Assembly: GCA_965204725.1 (NCBI GenBank)
Contig: OZ242005.1
Coordinates: 2,304,001 to 2,368,000 of the forward strand
DNA from: Candidatus Latescibacterota bacterium
Lineage (GTDB): Bacteria; Latescibacterota; UBA2968; UBA8231
DNA: 64,000 nt
Reading direction: 5' to 3'
This document shows positions 43,375 through 53,449 of the stretch, piece after piece. Numbering within the stretch: the first letter of the stretch is position 1; each line of letters opens with the position of its first letter. The notes beneath the pieces are model-generated. The model was not told the origin of the DNA, searched no databases, and saw only the letters and a program-made list of their open reading frames with translations. The position numbers were made by a program, and so were the translations under genes.

Positions 43375-46300
43375 TCCCCCTGTCCCTTTCGCTGCACAAC
43401 TTTCTCAGCTACGGCGAGGAGGTGCCGCCCCTCGACTTCACCCAGTTCCACGTCGCTTGCCTCACAGGCGGCAACGGCCACGGCAAGTCCGCCCTGCTCG
43501 ACGGGATTACCTACGCCTTATGGGGCCAAGCGCGCAAAAGCCGCAGCGACGAAGAAATGTGTCGGATCGGTGCCAAAGAGATGCGGGTTGACTTCGACTT
43601 CGCCCTCGGGGAAAAGCACTTCCGCGTCATCCGCAGTTGGCGTCGCACCAAGCGGGGCGTCCCGGCCCTAGACCTGCAAGTAGAAAGCGACGGCGTCTTC
43701 CGCACCCTCAGCGAAGGCGAGGGCATCAATCCCACCCAGCAGCGCATCAACGAGCTCCTATCTATGGACTACGACACCTTCGTCAACTCGGCCTTCATCG
43801 TCCAAGGACGCGCCGACGAGTTCACCCAGAAAAACGCACGGCAACGCAAGGAAGTCCTCGGGCGCATTCTCGGCCTAGAGCGCTACGACCAACTCCAAGG
43901 CATGGCTCGGGTCCGCTATCAAGAGCACCAGCGCCAGAGCGATACTCTGCGAACACGTCTCGGCGAGCTCGATGAAGAGTTGGCCCAGCGCGAAGGCTAC
44001 GAAGCCGATCTACGCGCCCTCGACGACCACCTCGCTTTACTCGGCCGCGAAATCAGCAGCCGCGAAAAAGCGCAAGCCGAGTTGGAGGCCCAACGCCTAG
44101 AACAAATGCAAATCCGCCAGCGCGTCGCCGAGCGGCAGCGGGAGCAGCAGCGCGTTGCCGAGCGGCAGCAGCAGGTCGCCACCGAACTCGAAAACCTGCG
44201 GGAGCAGCAGCGCCAAGACAGCAAAATCCTAGCGGCCGCCGAATCCATTGAGCGGGATTTTGCGGCCTATAACGAGCTCCGCGACCAAATCCACCTGCTC
44301 GAACAAAAGGCTCAGCAGCACGGCGAATTAGAGGCCCGCCGCAGCCAGCTAGAAGCGCGAATCGCCCAAGTGCGCCAAGAGGTGGAGCGCCAGCAAGAGC
44401 GCTGGGCGGCCACGCTCGACGAGCGCCAGCGTCAGCTCGACGAGCATCGAGCGTTGCTCAATCGAGAACAGACCATCGCCATCCGCTACGCCCAATTCAA
44501 CAGCCTCAGCGAGCAGGCCCAAGCCCTAGAGCAGGCCCGGATTCGCTACGAGGATCTCCTCCACCAGCGTCGCGGCCTCAAACACGAACTATCGCTTGCA
44601 GAAGAGCAGCGCAAAAGCCAACGCCAAGCACTAGCCAACCAATTGGCGCAAATCGACCGAGCCATGGCCGAAGGGGAAACCCTAACGGCCCACATCCGCC
44701 AGTTGCAAGCGCAACGGACCCAATTGCAGGCTAAAGCCGAGGAACGGGACCGCCTCGCGGACGAAGGCCGCGACCTCAAGGCCCAGATCAGTGAGCGGCA
44801 GCAGAAGCGACAGGCCGAAGAGGAAGAGTTGACCAACGAGCGCCAGCAGGCTCAGGTCTTGGCCCGTTCCGACGACGCCAACTGCCCATTGTGCGGCAGC
44901 GCGCTCGACGCCGAACACCGCCAGCGGGTCGCGGCCGAACTCGCGCAGCGGGAAGACCGCTGCCAAGAGCGCATCGCCGCCCTCGGCCGCGAGTTGGCCA
45001 CGCTCGGCGAGCAATTGCAAACGATGCGCACTCAGTACAAGGCACTCGACGAGGAAATCGCGCCCCTCCAGCAGGTTCACCAAAAACTGGCCGCCGAGGA
45101 GGCTCGGCTCGGGCAGTTGCGGGAATCGGCCTCAGCGGCCTCGTCGCTAGCCGAGCAACTAGCCGCCCTCGACCGCGAACTCAAAGACCAACTATACGCT
45201 CCCGGCACACGCGAACGCCTGCACAAGACAGCCGGGGAAATCGAGCTATTGGGGTACAGCAGTGCCGAACACGACGCCCTGCGCCAAAAGCTCGCCGAGT
45301 TGCGCCCGGTCGAGGCCGAGCACACCCGCTTGCAAGACGCCAAAAGTCAAGCCGACCGGCTCGAAAGCGAGCGGGCCGAAGTCCAAAGCCAACTTGAGCG
45401 GGCCAACCACCAGCTCGCCGCAGCCGACTATGCCCACGAGGAACGGGAGCAACTCGGCCAAGTTGAGCAGCAGCTCACAGACCTCGGCTACGACGGGGCC
45501 GAGCACCAGCGGGCGCGCCGGCAACAGGACGAGCTGCGCGACAGCCCGCTCCGATTTGAACGCCTGCAACACGCCCGCCAACGCCGCGCTTCGGCCGGTG
45601 AATCGCGGGCGCGCTACGAGGCCGAAGCCGCTGCGCTAGCCGAGCAATTGCAGACCATACAAGAAGAACGGGAACGGTTGCGCGAGCGGGCCGGCGCGTT
45701 GGAAGACGTCGACCGGCAGTTGGGTGAAAACCAAGTCCAACTAAAAAAGCTGCGGGCTGAACGGGATCCACTCCTCCAACGCCGGGGCAGCCTAGAGGCC
45801 CAATGCAGGCGTTGCGCCGAACTGGCGCAGGAACGGGATGCGTTACACCAAGACCTGCAAGACTCCCAGCGACAGGCCTGGATCTACCAACAGCTCGACA
45901 AGGCATTCGGCAAGGATGGGATCCAAGCGCTGATCATTGAAAACGCCGTGCCCCAGATCGCCGAAGAAGCCAACGCCATTCTCGCCCGCCTAACCGACAA
46001 CCGCATCCAAGTCGCCTTTGAGTCGTTGCGCGACCTCAAAAAGGGTGGCACCCGCGAAACCCTCGACGTCAAGATCGCCGACGAGGTGGGCGAGCGGTCC
46101 TATCACCTCTATTCCGGGGGGGAGGCCTTCCGCACCAATTTCGCCTTGCGTATCGCGCTCTCCAAGGTGCTGGCCATGCGCTCGGGCACCCGCCTTCACA
46201 CCCTCTTTATCGACGAGGGCTTCGGCACTCAAGACGAGCAGGGGCTGGAACAACTCATCGAAGCCATCCAAAAGGTCAGCGAGGATTTCAAAAAGGTGTT

Positions 46301-46406
46301 GATCGTCACCCATCTCGACCAACTCAAGGCGGCCTTTCCAGTGCAAATCGAGGTCGCCAAACACCCCGACGTCGGCTCGCGTTTCGCTATAACGCAACAC
46401 GCTTAG
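43371..46406 (+). CDS. sbcC: SbcC/Rad50 SMC-type ATPase
   Basis: Walker A GGNGHGKS, coiled coil, CPLC zinc hook, YSGGE signature, LFIDEGFG; ATGA overlap with sbcD. Confidence 0.93.
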   Translation: MIPLSLSLHNFLSYGEEVPPLDFTQFHVACLTGGNGHGKSALLDGITYALWGQARKSRSDEEMCRIGAKEMRVDFDFALGEKHFRVIRSWRRTKRGVPALDLQVESDGVFRTLSEGEGINPTQQRINELLSMDYDTFVNSAFIVQGRADEFTQKNARQRKEVLGRILGLERYDQLQGMARVRYQEHQRQSDTLRTRLGELDEELAQREGYEADLRALDDHLALLGREISSREKAQAELEAQRLEQMQIRQRVAERQREQQRVAERQQQVATELENLREQQRQDSKILAAAESIERDFAAYNELRDQIHLLEQKAQQHGELEARRSQLEARIAQVRQEVERQQERWAATLDERQRQLDEHRALLNREQTIAIRYAQFNSLSEQAQALEQARIRYEDLLHQRRGLKHELSLAEEQRKSQRQALANQLAQIDRAMAEGETLTAHIRQLQAQRTQLQAKAEERDRLADEGRDLKAQISERQQKRQAEEEELTNERQQAQVLARSDDANCPLCGSALDAEHRQRVAAELAQREDRCQERIAALGRELATLGEQLQTMRTQYKALDEEIAPLQQVHQKLAAEEARLGQLRESASAASSLAEQLAALDRELKDQLYAPGTRERLHKTAGEIELLGYSSAEHDALRQKLAELRPVEAEHTRLQDAKSQADRLESERAEVQSQLERANHQLAAADYAHEEREQLGQVEQQLTDLGYDGAEHQRARRQQDELRDSPLRFERLQHARQRRASAGESRARYEAEAAALAEQLQTIQEERERLRERAGALEDVDRQLGENQVQLKKLRAERDPLLQRRGSLEAQCRRCAELAQERDALHQDLQDSQRQAWIYQQLDKAFGKDGIQALIIENAVPQIAEEANAILARLTDNRIQVAFESLRDLKKGGTRETLDVKIADEVGERSYHLYSGGEAFRTNFALRIALSKVLAMRSGTRLHTLFIDEGFGTQDEQGLEQLIEAIQKVSEDFKKVLIVTHLDQLKAAFPVQIEVAKHPDVGSRFAITQHA

Positions 46407-46419
46407 CCCCTTGCCCGCT

Positions 46420-47382
46420 ATGGCCCATCACGACGAATACCAAGCCGCCCGCGCCGGCGTCGCCCTGCACGAGCAAGCCTCGTTTCGCTTGGACATGCGC
46501 GGCGCCGACCATCTCGATTTCCTCCACCGCATGACCTCCAACGACTTCCACAACCTGCAAATTGGGCACGGCCTCGAAGCGGTCTTTATCGAACACCGGG
46601 CGCGGATTCTCGACTTGGCCACCTGCTATCGCGGCCCGGACGCCACGGCCTTGATCCTGAGTCCCGATTCGCGCGCCGCAATCCCCGCTTGGTTGGATCG
46701 CTTTATCTTTGCCGAGGCTCTCGAATGGGCAGACCGCACCGACGAGACGGCCCTGTTTGAACTCGTCGGCCCACACGCCGCTCCGCTCGTCGCCCGCACC
46801 TTGGCTGCGGATCTAACTGAATTGCAGGATCACCAGTTACTCGACCCACAGGTCGCCGACGGCCTGTGGCTGGCGCGCACGGCCGGGCCGGGGTTGCGCG
46901 CCTTTGGGCCGCCCGCTGCCATAGAGGCCCTTTGGCAACGACTCGCCGCTGCCGGGGCGCGGCCAATAGGGGCGGCGACCGGGGAAATTTTGCGCGTCGA
47001 ACAGGGCCGGCCCCGGCTCGGGCGCGAGCTGACCCAAAGCTACAATCCTTGGGAAGCCGGGCTTGATCGCGCTATTCATCTAGATAAGGGCTGCTATATC
47101 GGCCAAGAAGTCATCGCCCGCCTAGATACCTACGACAAAGTCAAGCAGCACTTAGTGGGGCTGCGGCTTTCCACCGCCGAGTTGCCGGCAACCGAGCAAC
47201 CGCTACGCGATGGGGGACGCGAAGTCGGGCGCATCACTTCTGCGGTTCATTCCCCCCGCTTCGGCCCGATTGCCCTCGCCTATGTGCGGCGGCGTGCTTG
47301 CGCCGAGGGCACGGTGCTCGACGCGGGTGGAGCGCGAGCCACTGTAGTCGCCCTGCCTTTTTCAGCGCATGAGTCCTGCTAA
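46420..47382 (+). CDS. YgfZ/GcvT-family folate-binding protein
   Basis: KGCYIGQEVIAR signature. Confidence 0.88.
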   Translation: MAHHDEYQAARAGVALHEQASFRLDMRGADHLDFLHRMTSNDFHNLQIGHGLEAVFIEHRARILDLATCYRGPDATALILSPDSRAAIPAWLDRFIFAEALEWADRTDETALFELVGPHAAPLVARTLAADLTELQDHQLLDPQVADGLWLARTAGPGLRAFGPPAAIEALWQRLAAAGARPIGAATGEILRVEQGRPRLGRELTQSYNPWEAGLDRAIHLDKGCYIGQEVIARLDTYDKVKQHLVGLRLSTAELPATEQPLRDGGREVGRITSAVHSPRFGPIALAYVRRRACAEGTVLDAGGARATVVALPFSAHESC

Positions 47383-48280
47383 GGCCGGCCGACGCCGCAA
47401 GATAGTCCATATTGGGATTGATAGCGGCCCGCGCCACAACACCCGAACCTGCTCCGAATTCGCCGCGCTCCTGCGCGAATACACCGATTGGATCGAGTGG
47501 GGCGACGGCCATGCCATTCTCGACGTCACCGACAACAAGCTCGACATCCCCTTTGGAATGCGCGTCGCCAAGATGATCAAGAGCGATGTCAAGCGGCAGC
47601 TAGGCTGGGGCATTTCCGTGGGGTTGGCCCCCAGCAAGTTCTTGGCGCGGCTGGCCATGGAACGCCAGCGGCCCGATGGCCTAACAGTCGTGCTGCCCGA
47701 ACAGATCGGAGATTTTCTCGCCGACGTGCCCATTGACCAACTCCCCGGCGTGGGAGCTATCACGCGCCAGCAGCTCGCGGCCATGCAAATAGAGCGCGTG
47801 GGTTCGCTGGCTCGCGCCCCCCTGAACGAACTCGTGCGTCGCTTTGGCCAGCGGGGCCGCAGCTTTTGGCATCTCGCCCAAGGCCAAGACGACGACCCGG
47901 TCGCCGCGGCCGAGCCGCTCGGGCAAATCGGCGAGGAAGCCTCGTTTGCCGCCCCGCTATACACCCGCGAAGAAATGCGCGATGCCTTGCACACGCTAGC
48001 CGCCGCGCTCTGTGGACGCTTGCAGCGCCGGGGACTCCAAGCACACGACGTGAACCTAGCGGTGCGCTACCCAGATTTTCGCACCGCCACGCACACCGCA
48101 CGGTTGGCCTCCTTTACCGACCGCGCCCCGGTCGTCTTGGCCGCGGCCGAGGCGCTGTTAGACCGCACCGAGGCCGACGACTTGGGGGTGCGCTTGTTGG
48201 GCCTTGCATTGGGGGGATTTGCCGACGAAGCACTCGAACAGCTCGATCTGTTCGCTGGCGAAAGGTCGGTTGAGAATTAG
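47369..48280 (+). CDS. DinB-like Y-family polymerase homolog, finger domain deleted and catalytic residues lost
   Basis: RKIVHI, LDVT, SVGLAPSKFLARLA, KP-equivalent RPDG, HhH LPGVG, VRYPDF, VRLLG, QLDLF. Confidence 0.8.
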   Translation: MSPAKAGRRRKIVHIGIDSGPRHNTRTCSEFAALLREYTDWIEWGDGHAILDVTDNKLDIPFGMRVAKMIKSDVKRQLGWGISVGLAPSKFLARLAMERQRPDGLTVVLPEQIGDFLADVPIDQLPGVGAITRQQLAAMQIERVGSLARAPLNELVRRFGQRGRSFWHLAQGQDDDPVAAAEPLGQIGEEASFAAPLYTREEMRDALHTLAAALCGRLQRRGLQAHDVNLAVRYPDFRTATHTARLASFTDRAPVVLAAAEALLDRTEADDLGVRLLGLALGGFADEALEQLDLFAGERSVEN

Positions 48281-48332
48281 CATGGGACGCCCGTACCATG
48301 CCTAGCGAAAAACTCGCGAACCTAGCTTCTAA

Positions 48333-48419
48333 GAAGTAGGGGTCATTCCCGCGAAAGCGGGAATCCAGAAAAGGACCAAGCCGAATCAGAAACGGAAACC
48401 CTAATTTTCAGACCGCTTC
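48333..48419. repeat. MITE-like remnant: REP/dRS3-like palindrome (48342-48368) plus an IS5-type terminal repeat (48405-48419), TAA on both sides
   Basis: GTCATTCCCGCGAAAGCGGGAATCCAG; TTTTCAGACCGCTTC is the exact reverse complement of 63581-63595. Confidence 0.65.
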
Positions 48420-49345
48420 TAAGGCTTGGCGAACTCACTCACAAAGTTCCAGATCACCTCGTGGGTAGATACGCCGCGGATGGCGTCCGGCCATTCGTGC
48501 CCCACGCCACTCAGCCGATAGTGCTCCACGCGCACTCCCTCGTCGCAGGCGTCATGGACGATGTGAAGAGCCGAGTCCGACTGGGTTTCGCTCTCATTCT
48601 GGCAGTTGTATTGCTCACTCCAGAATCGGACGAGACTGGGAATGTCCCGCATCGTTCCGACGGAATCCCATGCCTTCCATTCCCATTCGCTGTCGTACGA
48701 GATGATCGGGTCATCCTGACCGTGAATGTGCATGATGGATACGTTTTCTACGAGCGCACAGGAATTGGGCGTCACCGGCATCGTGCCAGCTAAAGAGGCG
48801 ATTGCCGCGAACCGAGCGTTCAAATGACAGGCCAACTCGTAGGTGAACATCGAACCGAGGGAGTAGCCTGTTGCGTAGATGCGACTTGAATCCACGCAGT
48901 AGCGCGCGGACAGGTCGTCGATCAACGCCTCGACAAAGGCGATGTCTTGGGTGGAGCTTTCGCTGGTGTTGAGTTGCCACTCCCCTTCGTTGGGCGGCAC
49001 GAGTTCGGCCAATGGATAGACCGCGATCACGCCCTCTGCCTCCACCAACTCTTCAAATTCCCGCTGCTGTGGAAACGGATAGTCGCGGCCACTGCCACCG
49101 TGAAAGGCCATGAGCACTGGCAGCACCACCCCGGCGTCGGCTTGGGGGACCGATAGCCGGTATTGCCTCCGAACCCCGTTGACCATCAGTTCCGCAAGCG
49201 TCTGGCTCTCAGCCGCCGCCGGCGTGGCGCAAGCACCATTCAGCGAATCGCCGCCCTCACTCCCCGTAGCATTGCTGTCGCCATCCCCGCCGCAAGCGGC
49301 CAACAGAACCACAAGTCCATACTTCATGCCGCTCCGTACCATCAC
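48419..49345 (-). CDS. PHB-depolymerase/LpqP-family esterase, lipoprotein
   Basis: Lipobox LLAAC, FHGG, GYSLG nucleophile elbow, HGQDD, GHEW. Confidence 0.85.
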   Translation of the reverse strand: MMVRSGMKYGLVVLLAACGGDGDSNATGSEGGDSLNGACATPAAAESQTLAELMVNGVRRQYRLSVPQADAGVVLPVLMAFHGGSGRDYPFPQQREFEELVEAEGVIAVYPLAELVPPNEGEWQLNTSESSTQDIAFVEALIDDLSARYCVDSSRIYATGYSLGSMFTYELACHLNARFAAIASLAGTMPVTPNSCALVENVSIMHIHGQDDPIISYDSEWEWKAWDSVGTMRDIPSLVRFWSEQYNCQNESETQSDSALHIVHDACDEGVRVEHYRLSGVGHEWPDAIRGVSTHEVIWNFVSEFAKP

Positions 49346-49439
49346 GTTCTCCTTGTCAAAAGAAATTATTGCCGACCTACAAGAGGATGTTGCCGGACAT
49401 ACTCGGCCTCCTTACGACCCGACACCAGCCCTCCGCCTA

Positions 49440-49494
49440 CCTGGGATCGAGGGCATCTTGCCCTCGTTGAGGGCGGGACGCCCTCGATCCCGGG
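49440..49494. repeat. REP-like imperfect palindrome doublet
   Basis: CCTGGGATCGAGGGCATCTTGCCCTC-GTT-GAGGGCGGGACGCCCTCGATCCCGGG. Confidence 0.7.
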
Positions 49495-49555
49495 CGCAAC
49501 GACAACACCAGAAAATGCGTACTCAACGTAAGTGTCGCGTACTTAGCTCGGCCTC

Positions 49556-50818
49556 TTAGGCCACAGCCCGCGGCAACACCGAATCCCCATAGGGCATCGC
49601 CCAGATCCGGGCCTCGGGGCCAACGACCTCGTGCGCGACCGCCACGGCTTGGCCTAAGTCGTCAAAGGGCACTACCCCAACGCGGCCAATGGCCTCTGCC
49701 GCCAGCGACGAGACCAAATATACGCGGGCCTTTTTCAGCACCCCGGCAATGGCTGCGGCCTTGTGCCCGCCCAAGACGAATTCCCGCTCTATGCGTGCGA
49801 GCACCTCGTCGGCCGAATCCGCCTCCTGCAACCAAGCGGCAAAAGTCGCGCCCCCCAGCCCCTCTCGGCATTCGGCCACCCAGACGATGACGCCGCCTTC
49901 GCGCACCGCATGCACGGCGTTGTCGAGGGCCTTTTGCGCCTGATACATATTGACATCGAGCGGATAGCCGCCCGCGCTGACGAGCACCATATCAGCGCAT
50001 CGCGCAATGGGCACGGCCCCGCGCTCGGCCACCCACTCGCACCCCTTGCGGTGGGCATCGCGCACGTGCCCGGCAAAGGCGGCGACGATGCGGTGGCGAT
50101 CATCGACAATCGCATTGAGGATGAAGTCGATCCCCAGCATGGCCGCGCCTTCTTCCAGATCTTCGCGCACGGGATTGCCCGCCAAGCACCCGGTCGTCGC
50201 CCCGGGGCGGGTCATTAGACCGTGGTTGGCCGTTATCGTACTGGAGGAGGCACACCCGGGTACGACTGCCTTGGCCCCGCCGGAAAAGCCGGCGAAGTAG
50301 TGGAACTCCACGTTGCCCAAACAGAGCCGCACATCGGCCTCCACGAGGGGACGGAAAAGTTCCACCGGCGTACCGCGGGCGGTGACGCCCAGCCGCACCA
50401 CGTCTTGTAGATCGTGGTTGACGACCCGCACCCGCGCATAAACAGTCGGCCCCACTAAGGCCGCCAACTCAGCTTCGGTCTGCGCTCGATGCAGCCCCAA
50501 CGCCACGATCACGGTCACATCGGCGTCCGGGACGCCGGCCGCGGCGAGTTCCTCCAGCACCGGCGGCAACAGGCGGTCCGTCGGGCAAGGCCGAGTCATA
50601 TCGCTGACCACGATCGCGACCTGCTGACCGGGCCGCACCAGCGCACGCAATGCCGGTGTGCCCAACGGATGGGCCAAGGCTTGGCGCACCACGTCTTGCT
50701 CGGCTCGGTCGCCGTTGGTCGCGGCCTTGGGCCGCACAATGCCGAGCAGGTGCTCGGTGGACACGGCGATCGGCAGGTATCCGTCGCCATAGGGGAGCTT
50801 GAGTTCGGTCGCGGTCAT
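49556..50818 (-). CDS. LarA-family nickel-pincer-dependent racemase/epimerase
   Basis: SDMTRP, ALGLHR, HYFAGFSGGAK, NMYQAQKA; ATG at 50818 with an AGGAGG RBS. Confidence 0.88.
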   Translation of the reverse strand: MTATELKLPYGDGYLPIAVSTEHLLGIVRPKAATNGDRAEQDVVRQALAHPLGTPALRALVRPGQQVAIVVSDMTRPCPTDRLLPPVLEELAAAGVPDADVTVIVALGLHRAQTEAELAALVGPTVYARVRVVNHDLQDVVRLGVTARGTPVELFRPLVEADVRLCLGNVEFHYFAGFSGGAKAVVPGCASSSTITANHGLMTRPGATTGCLAGNPVREDLEEGAAMLGIDFILNAIVDDRHRIVAAFAGHVRDAHRKGCEWVAERGAVPIARCADMVLVSAGGYPLDVNMYQAQKALDNAVHAVREGGVIVWVAECREGLGGATFAAWLQEADSADEVLARIEREFVLGGHKAAAIAGVLKKARVYLVSSLAAEAIGRVGVVPFDDLGQAVAVAHEVVGPEARIWAMPYGDSVLPRAVA

Positions 50819-50863
50819 CGTTCCTCCTGATCTATTAGTCCTAAATGACTTGCAAGCATTGTA

Positions 50864-50948
50864 GAGATGCTTCGCTACGCTCAGCATGACACCGAGACGG
50901 GCGCTTCGTCCCCCACACCTTGTCATACTGAGCGCAGCGAAGTATCTC
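50864..50948. repeat. Inverted REP-like doublet
   Basis: GAGATGCTTCGCTACGCTCAGCATGACA ... TGTCATACTGAGCGCAGCGAAGTATCTC. Confidence 0.75.
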
Positions 50949-51000
50949 ATACCCAAAACGCCATGCACAACATCCCGTATGAATGATGTAGGATTGCTTA

Positions 51001-52506
51001 TCACCTAAGAAGCATGAAACTCGAAAGCGGCAAGCTGACGATTCGGGGGTCGTCAACCTTCCCGGAATGATCCTGCGTGATCAGCAAGCCAAAAGAGGCG
51101 TTGTTGACTGATTTTTCCACAAACGACCGAATACCGAGTGTATCCCGCAAGGGATCAATCCGGCGTTGATATTTGATTTCCACCGGCACGCGCTGTGCGC
51201 CGACCGTCAAGACGAAATCCACTTCGCGGTCCAAGCCGCGCTCGGGCAAGTGGGCGATGTCCAAGCCGTGAACGGTCAAGGCGACCGAGCCGAAAATGCT
51301 CTCCGCGAGATGGCCGGCCAGCGCGGTGAGTTCGGGCCGCTCGGCTAGGGCTTCAGCGGTCAATGGAATCTGCTCTTGGAGCCAACTGGCTCGCAGGCCG
51401 TGATCGACCAGACACAGTTTCGCGTTCCCGCGCTTTCTCTTGAGCCGAATCTCGAGCGGTGGAATCAAGCGAAGCAGCAGGGTGTCGGCGAGAAACCTCA
51501 AGTAGTGAGTCACCCGCTGACTGCCGATGTTCGCGCCGAGCGATTGACGAGCTTCGTCCGCCAGCGTCGAAACCGTCGGCGTCTGCCCGGCATAGCGGCA
51601 GGCCAAGCGGAAAAGCTCTTCAAGTAGCTGGGCATCTCGCTTCCGGCCGCGGTCGCCGACCCGAAGGTCGTGTTGGATAACCCGCTTGATCACGGTTTCG
51701 TTCAACTGGTCCGCGAGCAAGGGCCAGCCGACATCCTTTTGCTTGTGGACTATCGGATAGCCTCCCCGCTCGGAAAAATGCCGAAAGGCTTCATTCCGAA
51801 ACGCGGTGTGCTTCTCCCCATGGGCGCGCAACTCCTGCCAGAAACCCTTGTCAATCAGGAAGCTCAGGCCGTTGTCTGGCAGGAATGGTTGCGGCGGCCC
51901 CAGTGCGCGCAACGCGCCGATTTCGGTCAGCGAAAGCACCCCTGCCTCGACCGTGCTGATGCGCCCGGCCAAGCTGTCCCGCCCCCGTTCAATCCGCAGC
52001 GCGGAACTTCCCGTAACCATGACCTTTACCGCGGTGTTATCTACGAGAAACTTGAGCTGCGGTGCCCAAGCCTGAAGGTTCTGCACCTCGTCAAAAAAGA
52101 GGTATGCCTTCTGCCCGTCTTGCGCGAGCGCGTTGAAGTGCTTCTTGATTATCTGCCGCTCGAACCAATCGGCCACATCGAGAATCGGCTGTTGAGTGGT
52201 TTTCAGCGCGGGCAGTTCGTCAAACGGGACCCGGAGGATGCTCGTGGGCGACACGCCTTCTGCAATCAAATCTGCAATGACGTGAAGCTGCGCCGTGCTT
52301 TTTCCCACTTGCCGCGGACCGCGCACCGCGACAATCGGGGCGATCTCCGCGTCGAGGCGACAGCGAATCTGCGCGACGAGGTGGCGGCGCGTACGCGGCT
52401 GCGGAGGCATGGGGTTGTCTTCCCACCAAGGATTCAGACGACGCAGGACGCGGACGAACTCCGGCGACAACTCATAGTCGATAAAAGGCAAAGCCCGCTT
52501 GCTCAT
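51001..52506 (-). CDS. AAA_14 ATPase with DUF4143 / PD-(D/E)xK-like C-terminus
   Basis: GPRQVGKST, LFFDEVQ, TGSSAL, SLAGR, GGYP, EVDFVL...PVEIK. Confidence 0.85.
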   Translation of the reverse strand: MSKRALPFIDYELSPEFVRVLRRLNPWWEDNPMPPQPRTRRHLVAQIRCRLDAEIAPIVAVRGPRQVGKSTAQLHVIADLIAEGVSPTSILRVPFDELPALKTTQQPILDVADWFERQIIKKHFNALAQDGQKAYLFFDEVQNLQAWAPQLKFLVDNTAVKVMVTGSSALRIERGRDSLAGRISTVEAGVLSLTEIGALRALGPPQPFLPDNGLSFLIDKGFWQELRAHGEKHTAFRNEAFRHFSERGGYPIVHKQKDVGWPLLADQLNETVIKRVIQHDLRVGDRGRKRDAQLLEELFRLACRYAGQTPTVSTLADEARQSLGANIGSQRVTHYLRFLADTLLLRLIPPLEIRLKRKRGNAKLCLVDHGLRASWLQEQIPLTAEALAERPELTALAGHLAESIFGSVALTVHGLDIAHLPERGLDREVDFVLTVGAQRVPVEIKYQRRIDPLRDTLGIRSFVEKSVNNASFGLLITQDHSGKVDDPRIVSLPLSSFMLLR

Positions 52507-52557
52507 TCTCTTCCTTTCACGATGGGAGCTTGCTCGGGGAATGCGCTACATCTCCCC

Positions 52558-52600
52558 GTCAGGATCGCGGATTGGTGCGGATTAAAGGATGGCGCGGATT
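52558..52600 (+). repeat. 43-nt CGGATT-triplet repeat, left copy of an inverted pair
   Basis: GTCAGGATCGCGGATTGGTGCGGATTAAAGGATGGCGCGGATT. Confidence 0.7.
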
Positions 52601-53012
52601 AAAGACCGTTGGGTCGTCTGCGCTTGGGTTGTGAATGAACTAGTCTTTTGAACACTAAACTTTTCGACCCGAAATTGATTAACAAGCCCACTTCTAGCCG
52701 ATATGCCTTCAAATAATTTAAGGTCTGCGCTATGTGGGCATCTTCCAATACAGAAACCGCTTTCAATTCTACCAATACTTTTCCTTCAACGACAAAATCG
52801 GCGCGGCGCGTACCAATTGGCTTTGTCAATCCTTTGTAGAAAATGTGTTGCTCAATTTCACGCGCAAAAGCCAACCCCACCTGTGCCAGCTCAAACGCCA
52901 AGGCCCGCTGATAAATTACCTCTTGGAATCCATTGCCCAAAAATTTATGCACCTCGAAGGCCGCCCCGATGATTTTTTCGGTTATATCTCTGTGTTTTAG
53001 GTTATTGATCAT
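52599..53012 (-). CDS. GxxExxY protein (PD-(D/E)xK nuclease superfamily)
   Basis: GFQEVIY, RADFVVE, VELKA, QTLNYLK, GLLINFG. Confidence 0.92.
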   Translation of the reverse strand: MINNLKHRDITEKIIGAAFEVHKFLGNGFQEVIYQRALAFELAQVGLAFAREIEQHIFYKGLTKPIGTRRADFVVEGKVLVELKAVSVLEDAHIAQTLNYLKAYRLEVGLLINFGSKSLVFKRLVHSQPKRRRPNGL

Positions 53013-53080
53013 ACTTACTTTTCTTTCTCTACTGCGTCCTTCGACCCGTTTCAATGCCGGCGTGACCATGAGTGAATAGG

Positions 53081-53449
53081 TTATTTTGTTTCATGAGGTT
53101 CTTCTTTCTCAAACCACAGCGAGCCGGTGGGCACTCCATTAACAAGCCTAAATAGCCCGCTATATGTAAGACGTCCATAAAACCTACTTACTATATCGGA
53201 TGAAAATAATTGTTTCTCGCCGCCGATTAGCCAAAGAATATCTAATCCATTTTTGTTTAGCCATTCATCTAACTTTTGGCTATCCATCAAAGCATAACTC
53301 GGTCCGTATTGTTTGATACTCGGATCGCGGAAAATCACGCCATCATCATTCTCCCAAGATCCAAAATCATTGTCAGTTCTTCTTAAATCCAAACTTTCTA
53401 TCAACTCTTTTGTGGGAAGATAGAATGATAAAGAGTCATCAAGTGAGTA
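53081..53449 (-). pseudogene. Detached C-terminal fragment of the Avs-like STAND protein
   Basis: Frame YSLDDSLSFYLPTKELIESLDL...WLIGGEK; same low GC as the upstream gene; abuts the IS. Confidence 0.7.

Noticed and set aside
44118-44175. Short tandem duplication in sbcC (QRVAERQ twice)
   Set aside because: Ordinary low-complexity coiled-coil repeat
50819-51004. N-terminal extension of the LarA ORF; likewise for nusG, rpoA, rpsC, rpsJ and sbcD
   Set aside because: Upstream starts run through repeats or neighbouring genes; internal starts with an RBS fit the family lengths
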